Assembly: GCA_958417225.1 (NCBI GenBank) | Contig: CATZCM010000003.1 | Location: forward strand, 13,433-77,432 | Source of the DNA: an uncultured Eubacteriales bacterium | GTDB taxonomy: Bacteria; Bacillota; Clostridia; Oscillospirales; Acutalibacteraceae | Reading direction: 5' to 3' | Length of the DNA: 64,000 bases | Shown: in pieces, positions 63,372-64,000 of the stretch | Layout: each line of letters begins with the position of its first letter | Position numbering within the stretch: the first letter of the stretch is position 1 | Program-made: the position numbers and the translations under genes | Notes under the pieces: generated by a model | What the model was told of the DNA's origin: nothing | Database searches by the model: none | Seen by the model: only the letters and a program-made list of their open reading frames with translations

Positions 63372-63602
63372 TCATCTACATAAAAAAGGTTCAATTTTTC
63401 TTTTGAAATCATCACTGCATCCTTCGGGACATTCAACCACAATTTCCTTTGAAAGGTCCAAACTAAAAATCCCCATGATTGATCTACCGTTCACAACACA
63501 GTGTCCTGAATAAAGTATGATAGGGAACTCATATTGATTAGCTAAAAAAACAAATTTTTTTATTGTAGCCACATCGGAAAGCCTAATATGAGTAGAATAC
63601 AT
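63372..63602 (-). CDS. HPr-like small protein lacking the canonical His-15 region
   Basis: ..VVNGRSIMGIFSLDLSKEIVVECPEG.. matches the HPr V.AKSIMG.MSL core. There is no GLHARPA-type motif near the N-terminus. Start set to ATG 63602 (AAGGGG 8-9 nt upstream). Confidence 0.5.
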   Translation of the reverse strand: MYSTHIRLSDVATIKKFVFLANQYEFPIILYSGHCVVNGRSIMGIFSLDLSKEIVVECPEGCSDDFKRKIEPFLCR

Positions 63603-63962
63603 AATCATCACCCCTTAAACATGAATCGACAAAATTGCATTGATTTTATTTTAGCATATAACTAAAACCTTGTCAAGATATTTTTTTCAAAAAACAAAAT
63701 TTGTAATAAGTTCGTAAGACATTAACATTAAATTATTGGCTCTTATAATGCGTCTATATTTATAAGTATGAGTATAACATAAATATAGTGATTTGCAAAA
63801 ATATCAAAAAGCAAAATAGAGTTTTATGACATTTGCTCGAATGAACATAACTTCAAAAAATGAACTTGATATATGATAAAAAAGAGTTTATAATAAGAAG
63901 GTATCTGTAAAAACAAGATTTTTTTGTATTGATACATATTCAATCATGAAGGGAGTTTTACG

Positions 63963-64000
63963 ATGAAATATTCACAAGAAGTTGAGCGTATGTGTCCTGT
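63963..64000 (+). CDS. Start of an unidentified gene (only 12 codons in the window)
   Basis: ATG 63963 preceded by AAGGGAG, encoding MKYSQEVERMCP... Too short to identify. Confidence 0.3.
   Translation, partial: MKYSQEVERMCP

Overview
Low-GC Firmicute, probably a Clostridia-type spore former (spoIID, mcsA-mcsB-clpC, a collagen-like exosporium-type gene). Nearly all genes are on the minus strand. Housekeeping blocks: (a) 1.4-13.9 kb: ruvX, clpC, mcsB, mcsA, flavodoxin, Fe-ADH, tRNA-Ser(CGA), gap, spoIID, glcK. (b) 45.8-64 kb: split TSUP genes, ligA, mnmA, cysS, cysE, pgsA, rimO, recX, recA, vanZ, phosphohexomutase, htrA, and a histidine kinase/response regulator pair. Accessory part, 14-45.6 kb: (1) a collagen-like GXY-repeat gene broken by a frameshift and a TAA, with 3 x 81-bp tandem repeats; (2) a helicase with C-terminal HA-domain repeats, followed by high-GC gene debris; (3) a ~20-kb Wzx/Wzy-type polysaccharide locus (rfbACBD, ugd, UDP-GlcA 4-epimerase, several glycosyltransferases, acetyl/acyltransferases, ATP-grasp amidoligases, a carboxyethyl-ornithine-synthase-like dehydrogenase) with at least six decayed genes, a high-GC mosaic block, and tandem copies of a glycosyltransferase 5' stub; (4) a 600-bp intergenic region where perfect 27-nt inverted repeats flank 369 bp carrying a near-consensus promoter that points away from the rfb operon, a candidate invertible promoter switch; (5) a five-gene operon: orphan STAS protein, short HlyD-like protein, C39-peptidase ABC exporter, second ABC exporter, and an 83-aa Cys-rich peptide with a double-glycine-type leader. 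No CRISPR array, transposase, integrase or rRNA was seen. All family calls come from reading the translations from memory; no database was searched.
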